From: Ramazzottius varieornatus | Lineage: Eukaryota; Animalia; Tardigrada | Length of the DNA: 64,000 nucleotides | Direction: 5' to 3' | Assembly (NCBI GenBank): GCA_001949185.1 | Contig: BDGG01000002.1 | Coordinates: 6,128,448-6,192,447 of the forward strand | Shown here: one piece after another, positions 1 to 13,067 of the stretch | Position numbering within the stretch: the stretch's first letter is position 1 | Layout: each line of letters starts with the position of its first letter | Translations under genes and position numbers: made by a program | Notes under the pieces: model-generated | What the model was told of the DNA's origin: nothing | Databases searched by the model: none | What the model saw: the letters and a program-made list of their open reading frames with translations, nothing else

Positions 1-1026
1 AACATCTGAAGATGCTGGGAAAATAAACACGGATCGACGGTCACAGTACCAACAAGAGCGTCTTTTGAGAAGAGTACACACGCATCCACACTCTATGGTG
101 TTCAAATCTCTCGCCAAATGCCACTATAACTGTCAACAGTGCCATTTGTAATTTCCAAACAATCACAGTATACTAAATAAATGACCTTAACTTTCTCTCA
201 CCTACTCTCCTGCTGCTCCGCTCCATCACCACTGAAATTCCACCGGCTAGTTTCCATTTCTCAAGCAGTAAGATCGTAAAGCTCGGCAGCTAAAAGTAAC
301 AGCTGTTCGAGCAACAAGTCTAATCATAAGTTAGGGCAGCAGCAATTTCGTTGACCGTCTTTCGAATGCTCCATTAAAACACTTAAATGTATACTTCTTG
401 TGGGCTTCACCTCTGAAATATCGATCGTAAAACTAAATTGTCGCAAATTTGGCACCCACTAACCGACATCAAGAACCGTAATGCTAACAATTTGACTGCC
501 CATGAAACTCTGTAGCACCCGAGTATGAAGCCGGACCAGGTCTCTGGATTCTTTCGCATATACAATAGCCGCTCCTTATGAAGAACCCCCTACGAAAACT
601 TTCTTTTGCGTTCATCTCCGGGTCGGCACGACCCATTTCCTTAAACACTGTTTGCTGTGCAAGTGTAAATCCTCATCATTTATGTGGAGCTATCGCTCTG
701 CTACATACAATTAGATATAACGAAGTTATGTACACTGGACTGTGGCTCAACTTCCATGGACGTTTGACCCGGAAGTATAAGAAGTCACGTGGGGTTCTTC
801 ATAACGAGCGACTACTCAGAAGTATCTTGGAAATCTCTATTCTGTTCAAACTGAACGAAAGTTCGAATTTTATCTGCTGACGGATCCGGATAGTTTTTTA
901 TTGAAAAAGCATTTGCTCCAGTCTGCAGTATCAATAGTTTCACTTGTCAATACGGCATCGCACGTACACTGCAGCAGTGTCCAAAATTCCTAGATGGTCT
1001 TCTACTAATGCGTTTTTATGTTGCAG

Positions 1027-4000
1027 CCCGCTCAACAAAGGACGTTGATGGCGAGGAAAGACCTTTTCTGACCACAGGTAATTATTCGTTTGGCAAAAGG
1101 CGGTATGAGTAACTTCTTGGAATAGCTTCTGCTTATGCTTGTGGTTGTAGATATATCGGACGCGAGATGCGATACGGTGGTGATCGAGCTTTATCGACGC
1201 GATCCAGGCAGCGGCATCGGCGTCATCGTAACCGGCAAGTATTCCCTTTTCCATTTGCTTATGCCGGAAGGCAAAAGAAGCACCCGCTACGGTCCGACCC
1301 TCTTACTGTACGCTAGCCTTCAGATTTAACAAGATTACGTACACTTGCGTTTGGGCCGGGACAGGCAGTGTTTTTCCCATATGTCTCGACCTCAGCTAAC
1401 AAGCTTGCATTGAAAGGTTCCCGGTTGGGTCGCCGCAGCGTACCGCACACCACTTATGCCGCAGTTAAAAGTTAAGACAGGGCCTGGGAAACAGGGATTC
1501 TCGAAAATCTGTTGATTCCTCAGCTGGTGGGGAAGCCGATTTTCGATTTTTTTATGCTGTCAGTTCCCCTTGGTAATCCCACTTGCAAGTGTACGGTTGG
1601 AGTCTTGGTTCATAGCTCTGTCTCCCAGGCACTATTTTCTTAAATGGGATAAATTGGCTGCATTTGGGCAAACGATATATTGAGATTTCCGATCAAGCAG
1701 GCCCTTTTTTGCCATCATTATGATATGACATGAACAATCAAGAAAATATTTGCGTGGTTGTTGTAAGAGGTAGACGCGAGGTGTTTGCCATTATCACGCC
1801 TAATCGAGGTCGGTTCTTACGTCGTTCTGTAACGGACCTTCATTAGCCAGCCCCTGATTTAGCTTGTACTTATTTTGATGATGGAAGATATCAAGAAGAT
1901 GCCACAAGTGATATGCTTTTGCAGGTGGAGCTGATCGAAATGAGTATCCGCGAATTTCCCAGATCAAGCCCGGCAGTCTGGCCGACAGGTACAAAACGTT
2001 TAACTCAGCGAGAAATCGGTTGGTATCGATGCCGTATGATAAGACTCATGTGGTCTTTCAGGTGCGACCTTCTTGAATGTGGGGACTTTCTGGTGTCGGT
2101 CAACGGGCAGACGACAGCTGACCTGGTGCACGATGAAATTATCAATCTGCTGCGGCAAGCTGGACAACATCTGCGTCTGGAAGTCAAGTTCCCCCTGCCT
2201 TCGTGTACATTTCCTCCGATAAACGTCAATATAAACGGTTGCTCGAAGAATCGATTTTGATTGAGATTTCTTTTGCAGTTCCGACCATCCGTCGAAACGA
2301 CAGCCGGTTTATCCAGAAAGAAACATCGATCGTCGTAATCAAAGAGAATGACAACTTTGGGATGACAATCCGCGGTGGACTGCGTGGAGGAGACGGAGAT
2401 GGACGTTCGCCGTATTTCATTACGAGAATACGACCCGGAAGTCCTGCCGATCGGTAAATAACACTTTCTAATCTGCAAATTTTTCCGAACGAAAAATCTG
2501 TTCAACATATTTTTCCTGTTGGTTGTGTTGTTGGCCGGTGTTTTACCAAGGCATCTCTTTTCAGGGATGGGTTGTTTCGAGTCGGTGACCGGATTACCGC
2601 GGTGGATGGAGTTTCCGTCGATGGAATTCCTCACGCGCAGCTGATTAGCATATTGCGGAGAGCTCCACTTAGTGCCCGCTTCACATTGCAGTACGACGTC
2701 CAAGTTATCGGTTAGTTGAGCATTTGTTGTTGACTGCCCTGCCTCGTCGGCGTGTTCTGCGTCGGCGGCTCGACTTTGAACATGATCTTTAATAAATACT
2801 TGAGAGTATGTCCCCTCGTCCTTCCAGATGCCGTTGTGAATGCTAATGGGCCGCTCTATGTCGAAATCGACCGTGCCGGCGCCCGAATGGGAACGGGCAA
2901 ACCTCTTGGGATCCAAATTCTCTCTTCACGCTCCGGCGACGATAACAGAACTCTGATAATTGACAGCATTGTACCCGCCAGTATTGCTGATCGGTAAGCG
3001 TAAAAAATCCATCTGTTGAACCGAACGACCCATAAACTCTTTGCAATGTGCACGAACCTGCCCACATGGATTGCACGATACTTGTATGGCTAGAAGTATG
3101 CAGCTGTACGGCGCACAGCGACAGTGTACAGTACATTCCGCGACATTGGAGTATCAGTCTCCAGCTCTCACAAGAATTTCTGTTTTGTAGCTGTGGAGCG
3201 TTAGCTGCCGGCGATCACATCCTCAGCATCGAGGCCGTTCCTTGTGAAAACATGACCATACCGGAAGCCATTCAGCTCATCGAGACAACGCAACTGCCCA
3301 CCCTCAACATGCTCATCCTACCTGCTTCGGTGGTCAGAAAAGAACACAACGCACAACTACCCGCTATGGACAGTACACTCATACGGCGCAATCAACACAA
3401 AACTGAGAACAACCACAATAATTTGTATGCTAAGAGCGGGACGAAAATCAGTGGTAGAAACAGCGACCACGACGCTCAGGTAACCATCGGAAGAACCAAC
3501 TTTCGGAACCAGAGTCCTCCGCCACTGCCTCGTCCACCCGAAGCTCTCTATCAGCAGGTCGTCAAAGAGATGAAAGGCTTCAACAAGGATCCTCCCATAA
3601 TCAAGAACGCACTGATACCAGGAAAGTCTGCGGGACTAACAGACAGTACACACACTCAACCAACGCCCGCTCCGAACAGGGACGCTTTCTCACAGCACAA
3701 GGAGGCCGACGATGCGAGTAGTGATGGGTCTTTGTACGAGAAAACGATGGAAGACGGAGACCCACTTTCTTTTCTGGTGACGATAGAACGTCGCAAAAAT
3801 GAGCCGTGGGGTATCGCGTTCGCATACCGAAGACAGAAGGATGTGACAGATATCCAGATACAGAGTCTGGAAACCGGTGGCATCGCACAACGGTAAATAA
3901 CTTTCGGTGGTGTCTTTCCCCATCAAAATTTTGTCGATTGGAAAAACTTTGGTTCGCATGGTTGAATTTTTACAGGACGGAAGCTTTAAAAGCCGGTGAT

Positions 4001-5148
4001 ATCGTCTCCTCGATCAACGGGCGTCCCATGCGAAATCAGTCTTTGGTTGATGCGTACTGGCAGCTCAATTCTTACGATATCGCAACGCTCAAAATACTGC
4101 GGAAAAATGAATTATCAAAAATTGAATCTCGACATTCACCAAACTCAACCGCCAGCGTCGATAGCGCCGTTGAATCCTGGGAGAGCAACGTGAAACCTCC
4201 GCACAGTGAGTCATGCGGGCTAAACAAAACATAGCGGGACTGACTCGAATTATTACTGTTGCAGAGCCTAACCAGAACGGCAACCACTTCGCACCTCCTC
4301 GAACTGTACAGTACGGTATCCCACAAAGCATGTCAGCTCATCACGTTAAAGAGGTCGATAGTGTTTCGCTCAGATTCCGTGGCAGTGACAGCATACCAGA
4401 AAGACTAGAATCATTCAGCACCAACTCAAAACCCGCATATCGAGAAGCGGAAAACCTCAAGAACTCAGTCGAGATGATGGACCAGATTCTGTCGCTCAAC
4501 GACGTGATGGCCGAAAGACGAGGTTTGGGGTCCAAGAAGCCTGCTCCGTCGATGAACAACGGGCAGTCACCCAATCCAGCTCTCGCTTTGGACTCTCTGC
4601 TGGAAGATCTGGTGTCCATGAGATCCCAGCCATTGCCGGCAACCATTCGTAGAGTGAAGTTCCAGTCTCCCACTGGTCCGTCACCGTCGATGCCAAGTGA
4701 GGGCTCTTCATCAGCAGTCATGGTCGCACTAGGCAAGGCATCGACCTTTGATATGCTGCTGAACAAGGACCCTTACTACGAAGACTTTGGCTTTAGTCTT
4801 TCCGATGGCGCCTTTGAGCGGGGAGTGTACGTGAATCGGATCAGGCCGAATGGACCAGCGGAAGCGAGTGGACTGAAGCCATGTGATCAAATATTGACGG
4901 TAATATATTCTCAGAATACTTTGGTGGATATGGAATTGATTTTAAATGTATTTTTTCAGGTTAACAAAACCGACGTTCGTGATTTAGATTGTTGCCTTGC
5001 CGTTCCTTTGATTGCCAGTTCCGGTGATCAGATTCGCCTTCTGGTTAGTCGGAGGACTCTGAATAAGCGAATAGTCAAAGGCGATGAAGCCGAAGACTTG
5101 CCGTCGAGGTCGCGAGATATCAACGTGTTAGAGTCCGACATGTTATGA
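1027..5148 (+). CDS. GRIP1: Glutamate receptor-interacting protein (GRIP1/2)-like multi-PDZ scaffold; multi-exon, 5' end uncertain; only 5 PDZ domains visible
   Basis: Spliced translation gives PDZ1 (GIGVIVTG|GADRNEYPRISQIKPGSLADR|CDLLECGDFLVSVNG...HDEIINLL), PDZ2 (NFGMTIRGG), PDZ3 (NANGPLYVEI...SIADR|CGALAAGDHILSI), a PDZ6-like domain followed by SVDSAVESW, and PDZ7 (EDFGFSLSDGAFERGVYV...RDLDCCLAVPLIA). Stop TGA 5146-5148. An in-frame ATG at ~1008 is possible. Confidence 0.88.
1338..1634. repeat. Two interleaved imperfect inverted-repeat pairs (MITE remnants) in the long GRIP intron
   Basis: CGTACACTTGC (1338) / GCAAGTGTACG (to 1595); CAGGGCCTGGGAAACAGGG (1478) / CTCTGTCTCCCAGGCACTA (to 1634; 15/19 match). 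Confidence 0.45.
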
Positions 5149-5393
5149 AGAACCTTTTTTTAAGGATAACGTTGTGATTTAACGCTGTAACAGAAAATGG
5201 ATCTGTTTTTCTAACAAATCTCTGATAATTACTAAGATTACCACTGCCAATAAATTTTAATCATGTACGTATGTAGCTGGACGCAGTTCGCCATGAACCT
5301 CAGTAATACGTTTTTCAGCACTAAAATATGCGAATGCATTTGATTGAGAAGAGCTATATACAGTAGGTGCCAAGTAAGTTCACAAAGCAATAA

Positions 5394-8300
5394 CTAATGG
5401 TGGTGAGCCTCGTGGGGATCACTAACAGAATTAGTGTTAGAATTATGAGAATGAAGTAAGGGGGCGTAGTGCTGCAAAAGTCCCGCAGAAGAGACGGACT
5501 GTGTTATCTGTTGATCCTCATCCGTTTCTGAAATCGCCGGAATAGGGTCCGACTGGTTGAAAGTTGAGTTGCGATCGTATGGACGATAGACCAGCGTCAT
5601 TTCCTCGTCGGTTCCCCGCTTAGAGTGTCTTCTCATCGGTGGATCGGGCTACAATGGATGGTAAAAAATACTATGAAATGCTGGTGTACCAGACAGTGAA
5701 AATGACGGCACGTTTTGAGTACCCGTTCTTCGTCAGGCTTTGGTCTGTTTCTTCGAAAGCTCGAAGCGACTCTTCGAATGGAGACCCGTAATCTTCTTAT
5801 TCCCGGCATGGCTCTGTTGGGATCGCTTGAGACCGAATAGCGCTTGGCCCCGCGGCTGCTCGAGACAGACCCAAGGCGGCGAGGATCCTCGGACGGTCTT
5901 CTCCGAGGCTGGAGAATTGACTCGGAAGTAACGGGATTATGTGGAATTGTCCCGGCCATGGCAAGATCAGCCTCTGTCAAAGCCCTTTGCTGCAAAATCA
6001 AACAACGAATGAATAGGCAATTACAAGTGTGTCCCGCCCATCGCTTTATGTACCGTTGTTTGCTCCAAACATCGCACGAGATGATGATGTTGCAGGTCAA
6101 ATAGATCGATATGGCCATCGTCGATCAGTCTTCCGGTGGGACAAAGCAAGCCTTCGTCGTTATGAGTATTGAAAATAGTTTTGATGCGACTTTCAGCGGC
6201 GCGCTTTTTAGTGATGAATGCCACCCCTCGAGCGTTCTCCGTTAATTTGATTCGAGCCAAACGAGCTTTCTATAAAAAGAAAGGGCTTGATTGTTATACA
6301 TCAGCGAGCCACGCAAGGTTTAGAGACCAGGGTGGTAACTTACCTTTTGCGCTTTCCGTTTGTCGGATCGCTGATTCTGATGGTATATTCTCGAAAAATT
6401 GGAAACGATGACGGGCACCGGAAGTGCGATGACCAAGACGCCGCTCAAGGAGCAGACACCACCAACCACTTTTCCGGCAATCGTCTTGGGCACCATATCG
6501 CCGTACCTATAAGATTTAAACAATGTTCTACTCGCTTCGTTCTGTCGAAATTTGGGACATGGGTAAACGTACAGTACTGAGCTAGACCGTTATCTCAAGT
6601 GGCGCACCTTTTTGTTGTTATTGGCCGAAAGTGTGCGCCAACTGGGAGAACGATTTAGTGCAGTTTATTTTCCCACCTCCCATTTCAGGAGACTATATTA
6701 CTATACTTGCCCAAGTGTGGTCATCGTGACAATGGTGTACCAGAAGGCCGCCGGTATGCTGGTGAACTTCGTGTTGGCGTCGTTCTTCTCACAGTAATAC
6801 ATGATGGTGGCGAATATGACGATGGCCATGGCAAGCGAAAAGACCAGGAAACCCAGCTCGGAGGCACAACTTTTCAGGGTATACCCGAGAATGCGAAGTC
6901 CTTGGGAATGTCTGGAGAATTTAAAGATTCGAAAGACCCGGAAGATCCTCAGAGTCACGAAGGCTCCCGAAAGCTCGTTGTCCATTAGTAGACCAATATA
7001 ATATGGCATAATGGCCACCTGTGAAAAAGTGAGTTACTTATGGATTGAATGTCAACAGCGACATGTGTCAATCTGCGCACGTACCACATCAATAATGGAC
7101 ATGACACTCCGCATAAACTTCCAGCGATCAGGGGCCGCGTACAGTCTGAGCAGGTACTCGACGGTGAATATTATCACACAGGCTGTGTCCAAACAAAAGA
7201 ATGCGAAAGTGTAGCGTTCACCGCACGGCACCGACGACGATGGTCCGTATCCCGCATCCCGTCCACAAGGGACAGTTTCCACTATATGAGCAATGACCGA
7301 TACTAAAAAATGTAAGACCAAACAATTACCATAAGTTCCACCTTTTAGACAATATTAAATATTATACCCTACGACCATAGTTTGACGTAACGGAATTGTT
7401 CTCGTGGGAAAAAAAACAACATGTAGAATACACCACATCAGACGCGGAGACCCCCGAAAAACCTATACATCGATTGGTCCACGACCTTTCCGGCCGAGCT
7501 AGCTCATCATTGTTGTAGATGGGGTAAAAATTATAGATAATCGCATTTGCTCCCGAAATTGTCGACTGTATTCAGAGCAACAACCCATAAGCCCTGCTTG
7601 ATCTCGAATGCCAGCTTGTCACGAAGAACTCCCCCAGCAGAGTGTAAAGTGGTATCGATGGAGCTCAATACCGCACTCAAAGACATTTTAAAACCACCAT
7701 GCGTTTACGTCGCGCGATAATTAAGTTTACCAAATTGTCAGAGTGTTTTTCGTTTGTGCCTTTTACCTAATACTGGACCTAATGAACGCTAGAAAGACCT
7801 TCAATCAATTTGAACTTTCTTCTCAGGCTGCATACTTGATCGCAGATCCCGCACGACCGGGAAGTTATGTAAGCAAGGTCCGTTTTCGTAACAAGGAAGA
7901 GATTTAGGGTGTTATCAAGCACGGTTAGTGTTTACTCACCTGCGATGAAAAAGCCTGTCACGTAGTAGAACGTAAGGGCGGCAGTTCCCACATGCTATTT
8001 TGGGAGCAGAAACGTGGAGTGAGTGCACATGAGCCTGCATAATGCGTGACTATGAAAGACCTATGTGAGGCGACAACTTACAGGATTTTCGAAAGCTCTC
8101 CACATCTTCTCCCGGAAGCTCAGCAAGGGTTTGAGGTCACCGGCGTTCTCGTCTGCTTTGTCATCGGCCAAACGCTCGCTATTCTCGCGTTTCCGGTCGC
8201 GATAGTCCTCGTAGCAGCAGTCGCCTACACAACACAGGATATCACTTATTGATCACGAATTTTGGCTCCCGGGTGAAATACAAGGGAGGTTATATACCAA

Positions 8301-8936
8301 TTATGTCTGGCTGGATACCGAAGAACGTCAATTCCTGGAACGACAGAACGGACTGTCGACTTCTGCAGTGCTACTGTGATGTCCAAAATGTAGAAAACTA
8401 TCCCACCTCATCGAACAGCGTAATACATTCTCCTCGAGGAAAATGGAGCCGACCTATTAAAAAATAAAATTCACAATTGATCATCCAAGAAGCATGCGCA
8501 AGAACCATTCGGTCCACCTCTGGGATAAATCGTGCAATATTTCCTACCTGTCCGGTAATAGTTGAGAATATGTCTGAACATTTCTGGGTCCTTTAAATAA
8601 ACCGTTGAATATTTATGCCGGTTATGTAACAACAGTAAATAAGTGGCGAAGAATGTTGAACGAATTCCGTACCCGGTCGAAATAATATTCTCCGGTTTCT
8701 TCGTCGTAGAAAAACTCTCGCTCGGAAGACCCCAGCAGTGTATTGGGGTGTTTCTCGAGGGTGCTTCTTCGCGTAACAAAGACCCTACCGGAGACGTTGA
8801 CGACCACTTTATGACTGGATCTGACAGCTGGGTCCTTGGACGCTACGGGCATGTCCGGCAGGATTTGCTCGGATAAGGGCGCCCATCCGATGGCTGTAGC
8901 TCGCGTAAAGGGTAACCACGCCCCCACAGATCCCAT
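5394..8936 (-). CDS. Shal: Voltage-gated potassium channel Shal/Kv4 (KCND), 12 coding exons
   Basis: N-terminus [18 protein letters not shown] (Kv4 KChIP-binding type); T1 domain with HX5CX20CC zinc motif; S4 [18 protein letters not shown]; pore TMTTLG|YGDMVP; S6 [20 protein letters not shown]; [12 protein letters not shown]. All exon phases are consistent. Confidence 0.96.
6582..6658. mobile_element. ~70-bp hairpin/MITE-like element family A, copy 1 (Shal GC-AG intron)
   Basis: GACCGTTATCTCAAGTGGCGCAC-loop-GTGCGCCAACTGGGAGAACGATT. Confidence 0.7.
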
Positions 8937-10948
8937 CTTTCCACCTAATGCGATTCCCGCAGGCTGTGATCGGAAAGTACTCGACCGATCTATAGGGACG
9001 GTCTAGGGGAAGAAATTAGTTCGACGAACAAGCCTAAATGCTCTTCCACCAACGATCACAGAGCGAAGCCATAAGTTAGGTGTGGAGCGGATTTACGTAA
9101 AGGCTGAATCAGCCGCATTGAAGTTCAAGCCCAGTAAATGGATCGCACAATGAGCCTACGCCGAGGTTGAGCTGCTTATTGCTTTAATGACGTCCTTTAT
9201 TATCCTCTGCAAGCGGAACCAGTTGCCCATGCTAATTTGAGAAGTTTGAAGTGACGGGAACGGCGCGGCGATGCAATCGACAAGGCGGAGCGTTCCAGGG
9301 GAGGAAATTTCCGGGTTCGTAGACCCACTTTGCTGATCCGAGGCGCAGCGCAAAATGGCGCATCAACATGGCCAAAATTCCACGAACTGGCAATAAATAG
9401 TTCCGGATATGCTTTTGCGTTAGGCTCAGTCCCAATCTAGAATCTGACAAACGGCGAAGTGTTTCGTTAACATCTCCATCCGGGTTTCCCGGTATTTCAA
9501 GGTAGATGTCACAGGATCAGCTTCCAATCAAGGACCAACAAACGGCGAAAAACGTATTGCGTTTGAGGTTTCCGTGTACCACATAGGTATACAGTTCCGC
9601 TCGAGAAACCCACCAATGGCGGTCCGAGGTATGAATGTGGAGCAGCTGTTGTTGGGGGCTACGCGACGTGGTGGGAGAACGGTTGATGAATAAAGCTGCT
9701 ACGTGAACAGACGGTGAAGCTGCCGAGATCCATCTGTCAACATGTGACTAGGCACAAAAATCAGTGCAGAGGATGCCAGCTAGGGTTTTCCGATCCCGTT
9801 GTCGCTTGATTCAGTCATGACAGTTGCTGCTTAAACGCATAAATCGCGAACGAGTTAGAGGAAAACACTATTCACACACATACAAACCACGTTACAGAAG
9901 TGATGTGTGGCAATGGAGTTTATAAGCTGCGAAACTTTTTGACACAACCATTAGGCGACTTGTCTGCTGGTCGCTCTTGGTGGATACATCCGAGGCCCGT
10001 ACGGCAGGCAAAGCTCGATGGAAGGATCAGGCGGCTGCCTCCCGCACACAGATGCAGGAAGGACTGGTTGGTTGCACATTCCGTAGGATGCGTACGAGGA
10101 GCGACCCCAGAAGTCGCTTCCCCTCCATCCCGCGATGTGCCGAGGCTGACGATGCGAGGACAAATCGATAAGAAACAAGAGCAGATGAGAAGTTCCACAC
10201 ACATACAGTGTACACGTACTACCTTGTACTTGTCCGGGATCCGACGTATCCATATTTTATTTTCACATATGAGAAGAAAGCTTCCATCTGTCTACTGTAG
10301 GAAAGTACATGTAGCGCGGCCCGAACACATGCCGTTCTTTTAATAACACACACTCGAGTTTCAACCGTAACAACCGACCCAACGACAAGTGCGCCTCGCC
10401 AACTCTTACCCTTGTCAGATAATTTGTTAGCTTGCAACACTTTCTGCAACTTCGAGTTCGCTCTGAGCGAAAGCAAAAGAGCGCAACGACGGCAGGATCC
10501 GAACATATTTTGTGGAGCCTCAAAACCCGGGTCACCGTTTCTTCTCTTGTACCTCTTAGGAATCAAGACGCTCGATTGCTTCTTGTTAGCGACCCCATTT
10601 TCATTCATCCACAGCCTATTTTGGTCACAATAACTGTCTCACTCAGAACACGTGAAACCAACAGCGAAGGAATCCCTGGATCCGGAAGAACTCGAAGGAC
10701 ATTCAGTCAAATACCGCAATTTGAAAAGCCACCAAGCGGCAGGAACACGAATTCATTCTCATCGGTGGCCGAAGATCATTGTACCATAATAATTTGGCGA
10801 GCTCAGATATCGCAAGCTGGGTAATGTAAAAAGAAACGAGCAGAACACTTTGACGTTCAACGCTGAAGAGACATCGTACTGGAATCGTCCGTAAAATTTC
10901 AAAAATATCTGGTGGCTGTTAAGAAGTCCACAGCAGCAAACCGATACC

Positions 10949-12400
10949 TCACTTCGCAGCAGGCCCGAAAAAGTAATATAAAACAGGTAAAGTTAGTGCA
11001 AACGCGGTATAAGCAAAAGCGGCTACAACAATAGAATTTATCTTCATTTTCCACTCCATGTTCTGTTCAGATTCATGCAAAGCCTGTCGCAAATCCTCTT
11101 TGACGTAAATCACAGAAACGTGCTCTGTACTCCCAGGAGAGACAGAAGCGGTCCTCGATGCGACCAAATCTTTTATGGTTTGCATCTCTTTGATCAGAGA
11201 TGACTGGTGTTCCCTCAGTTCTTTGGCTGAGAAAGTGTTTACAGCCGGAAATGTTTTCGTCTTGTCGTTCTGTCCGTCAGCGTTGTTCGAAGACTCACCT
11301 AATATACTACTCAAGTCTTTCAAGAAAGTTTCTAGGTGTTGATTTTGGGTTTTGGCCAGAGACGAAAATTCAGAGACCATGTTTTCTACTGGAGCGGCAC
11401 TGGATGTTGATTGCGCAAGCATGAACTGAAGTTCCCGCATCTTCAGCCGGTTGTTCAGAGAAGTACCCAAAATACCAATTAGAGCCCCAACAACAGATCC
11501 CATTACACTCCAGTACTTTGTGCGTTCTGCTCGGGCTCGTTCCTTATCATGACTGTCCCGCACTGCAGCTGACAGAAGAGCAAAAGTATCACGTTCTGTA
11601 TTTTCTAGCTCCATTACGTCCTGACGCAACCTGCAGCAGCGAAAATGTCAGAACCTGTCTGTCGCGGACGGTTCCGTTTCATTAGATACTATTTGCAGCG
11701 AGGAACGGAAGACAGACTTACACTCTTTCTTCTTTGGCTAACTTGTGTTCTTGGGTTACCAGCGTCAAATATCTGTCTTCCCCTCGTGGGGTACGTTCGA
11801 GTTCCGCAACCACTTCTTTCATTTTGGAATGGATTTCCAGCATTTGCCGGTTTCGTTCACGGCGTGCTCGCTGAGCCATCACAAAGTTTCGTTCACCCTG
11901 AACGAGAAAAGAAACCAGGAATGAACGAGTGTACTTCAGGAGGATACAGGCATCCTGCACGTTAACCTATCGACTCGCGGCTGATGTCAGGAGCCATACA
12001 GTGATGCTAACGCGCTGCTATGACGTCATACTTTAAGTACAGAAAACGCAGCAAAACAAACGACAGTTTGGCCCTGCGCGTGGACTCACTTAGTTTCGCG
12101 CGTTCCAGCGAGTTGTGCACTCACCTGTATCACCTTTTCCTGCGCTTCCTTCACTTCCGTCAATCCAATGAAATCCTCGTACGCCCGGATCGTCGATGAT
12201 ATTTTCTGCTGTAAAGGTGCGATCCATTTGAGCGGAGGGGCGGCAGCAGAAACACCTTCGGTTGAACCGATGGTTGAATGGCTTCTAAGCTGAGTTTCTT
12301 GTTGGGCCTGAAGACTGGAATATACAGAAAAATGAGACTTTCTGCACCGCTGGCAAACTCTGATGAAATGGGCTCGAAACGAAATGTCTAACGCCAGCAT
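10949..12400 (-). CDS. CCDC51: CCDC51 / mitochondrial potassium channel MITOK; exons 12400-12125, 11897-11722, 11630-10949
   Basis: YEDFIGLTEVKEAQEKV, YLTLVTQEH and SAAVRDSHDKERARAERTKYWSVMGSVVGALIG motifs; two TM segments; Arg/Ser-rich presequence-like N-terminus. Confidence 0.9.
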
Positions 12401-13067
12401 TGCTGCAACTTCCGGTAGAGCAAAATCGCTAGTTTTGATCTGAAGCCACTCTGAAGGTGATCGCTTAATCTTTATTCTTAACACAATACCGAGCCTACTC
12501 CTAAACAAAGCACAAGAAAGGATTTCGATTGTCACAGCTAACGAACCCTAAACGAATAACGGTAACAATAACGCGGTTTGGACTTTGGACTCGAGTCAGC
12601 CGACAAATCACAAATGGAATGAAATCCAGCATTCCAGCTTCGAATGAATTCTCTGCAGATGGACTGCGTTGTTGTAGTTGAATCAACCAACATCCATATG
12701 ATCCAATCAAGCTAGCGGGCTGTTATCTGAAAACAGCTGATCGACATCAGCAAGCGGGGTGTAGCTTCTGAATCTGAAGGAAGTCTTACTTAGAACTCCT
12801 ACAATGGACCTACATCCCGTTTCTGCTCTTCATCAATCATCATGGGCTCATCAGTGATGTCACCCGGGCTATCTGGATCTGCAAGTGTTTGTTCTTTGTA
12901 TTTTCGGATGTCGACCATGGTCCATTCAAATACAATATTAGTCTAAGACGCAGCATAGCTACTTGCTGACGATAACACTGGCCTCATTTTCTTCTAGATG
13001 CGTCCTCTAATATTGCTGCAACAGTACAGCTAGATACCATCGGTTGACGTGGACGTGAAAATCTGCA

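Noticed and set aside
2005-2916. 303-aa minus-strand ORF, and similar long antisense ORFs such as 60935-61774
   Set aside because: They are shadows of GRIP and ATRX coding exons and have no recognisable domain.
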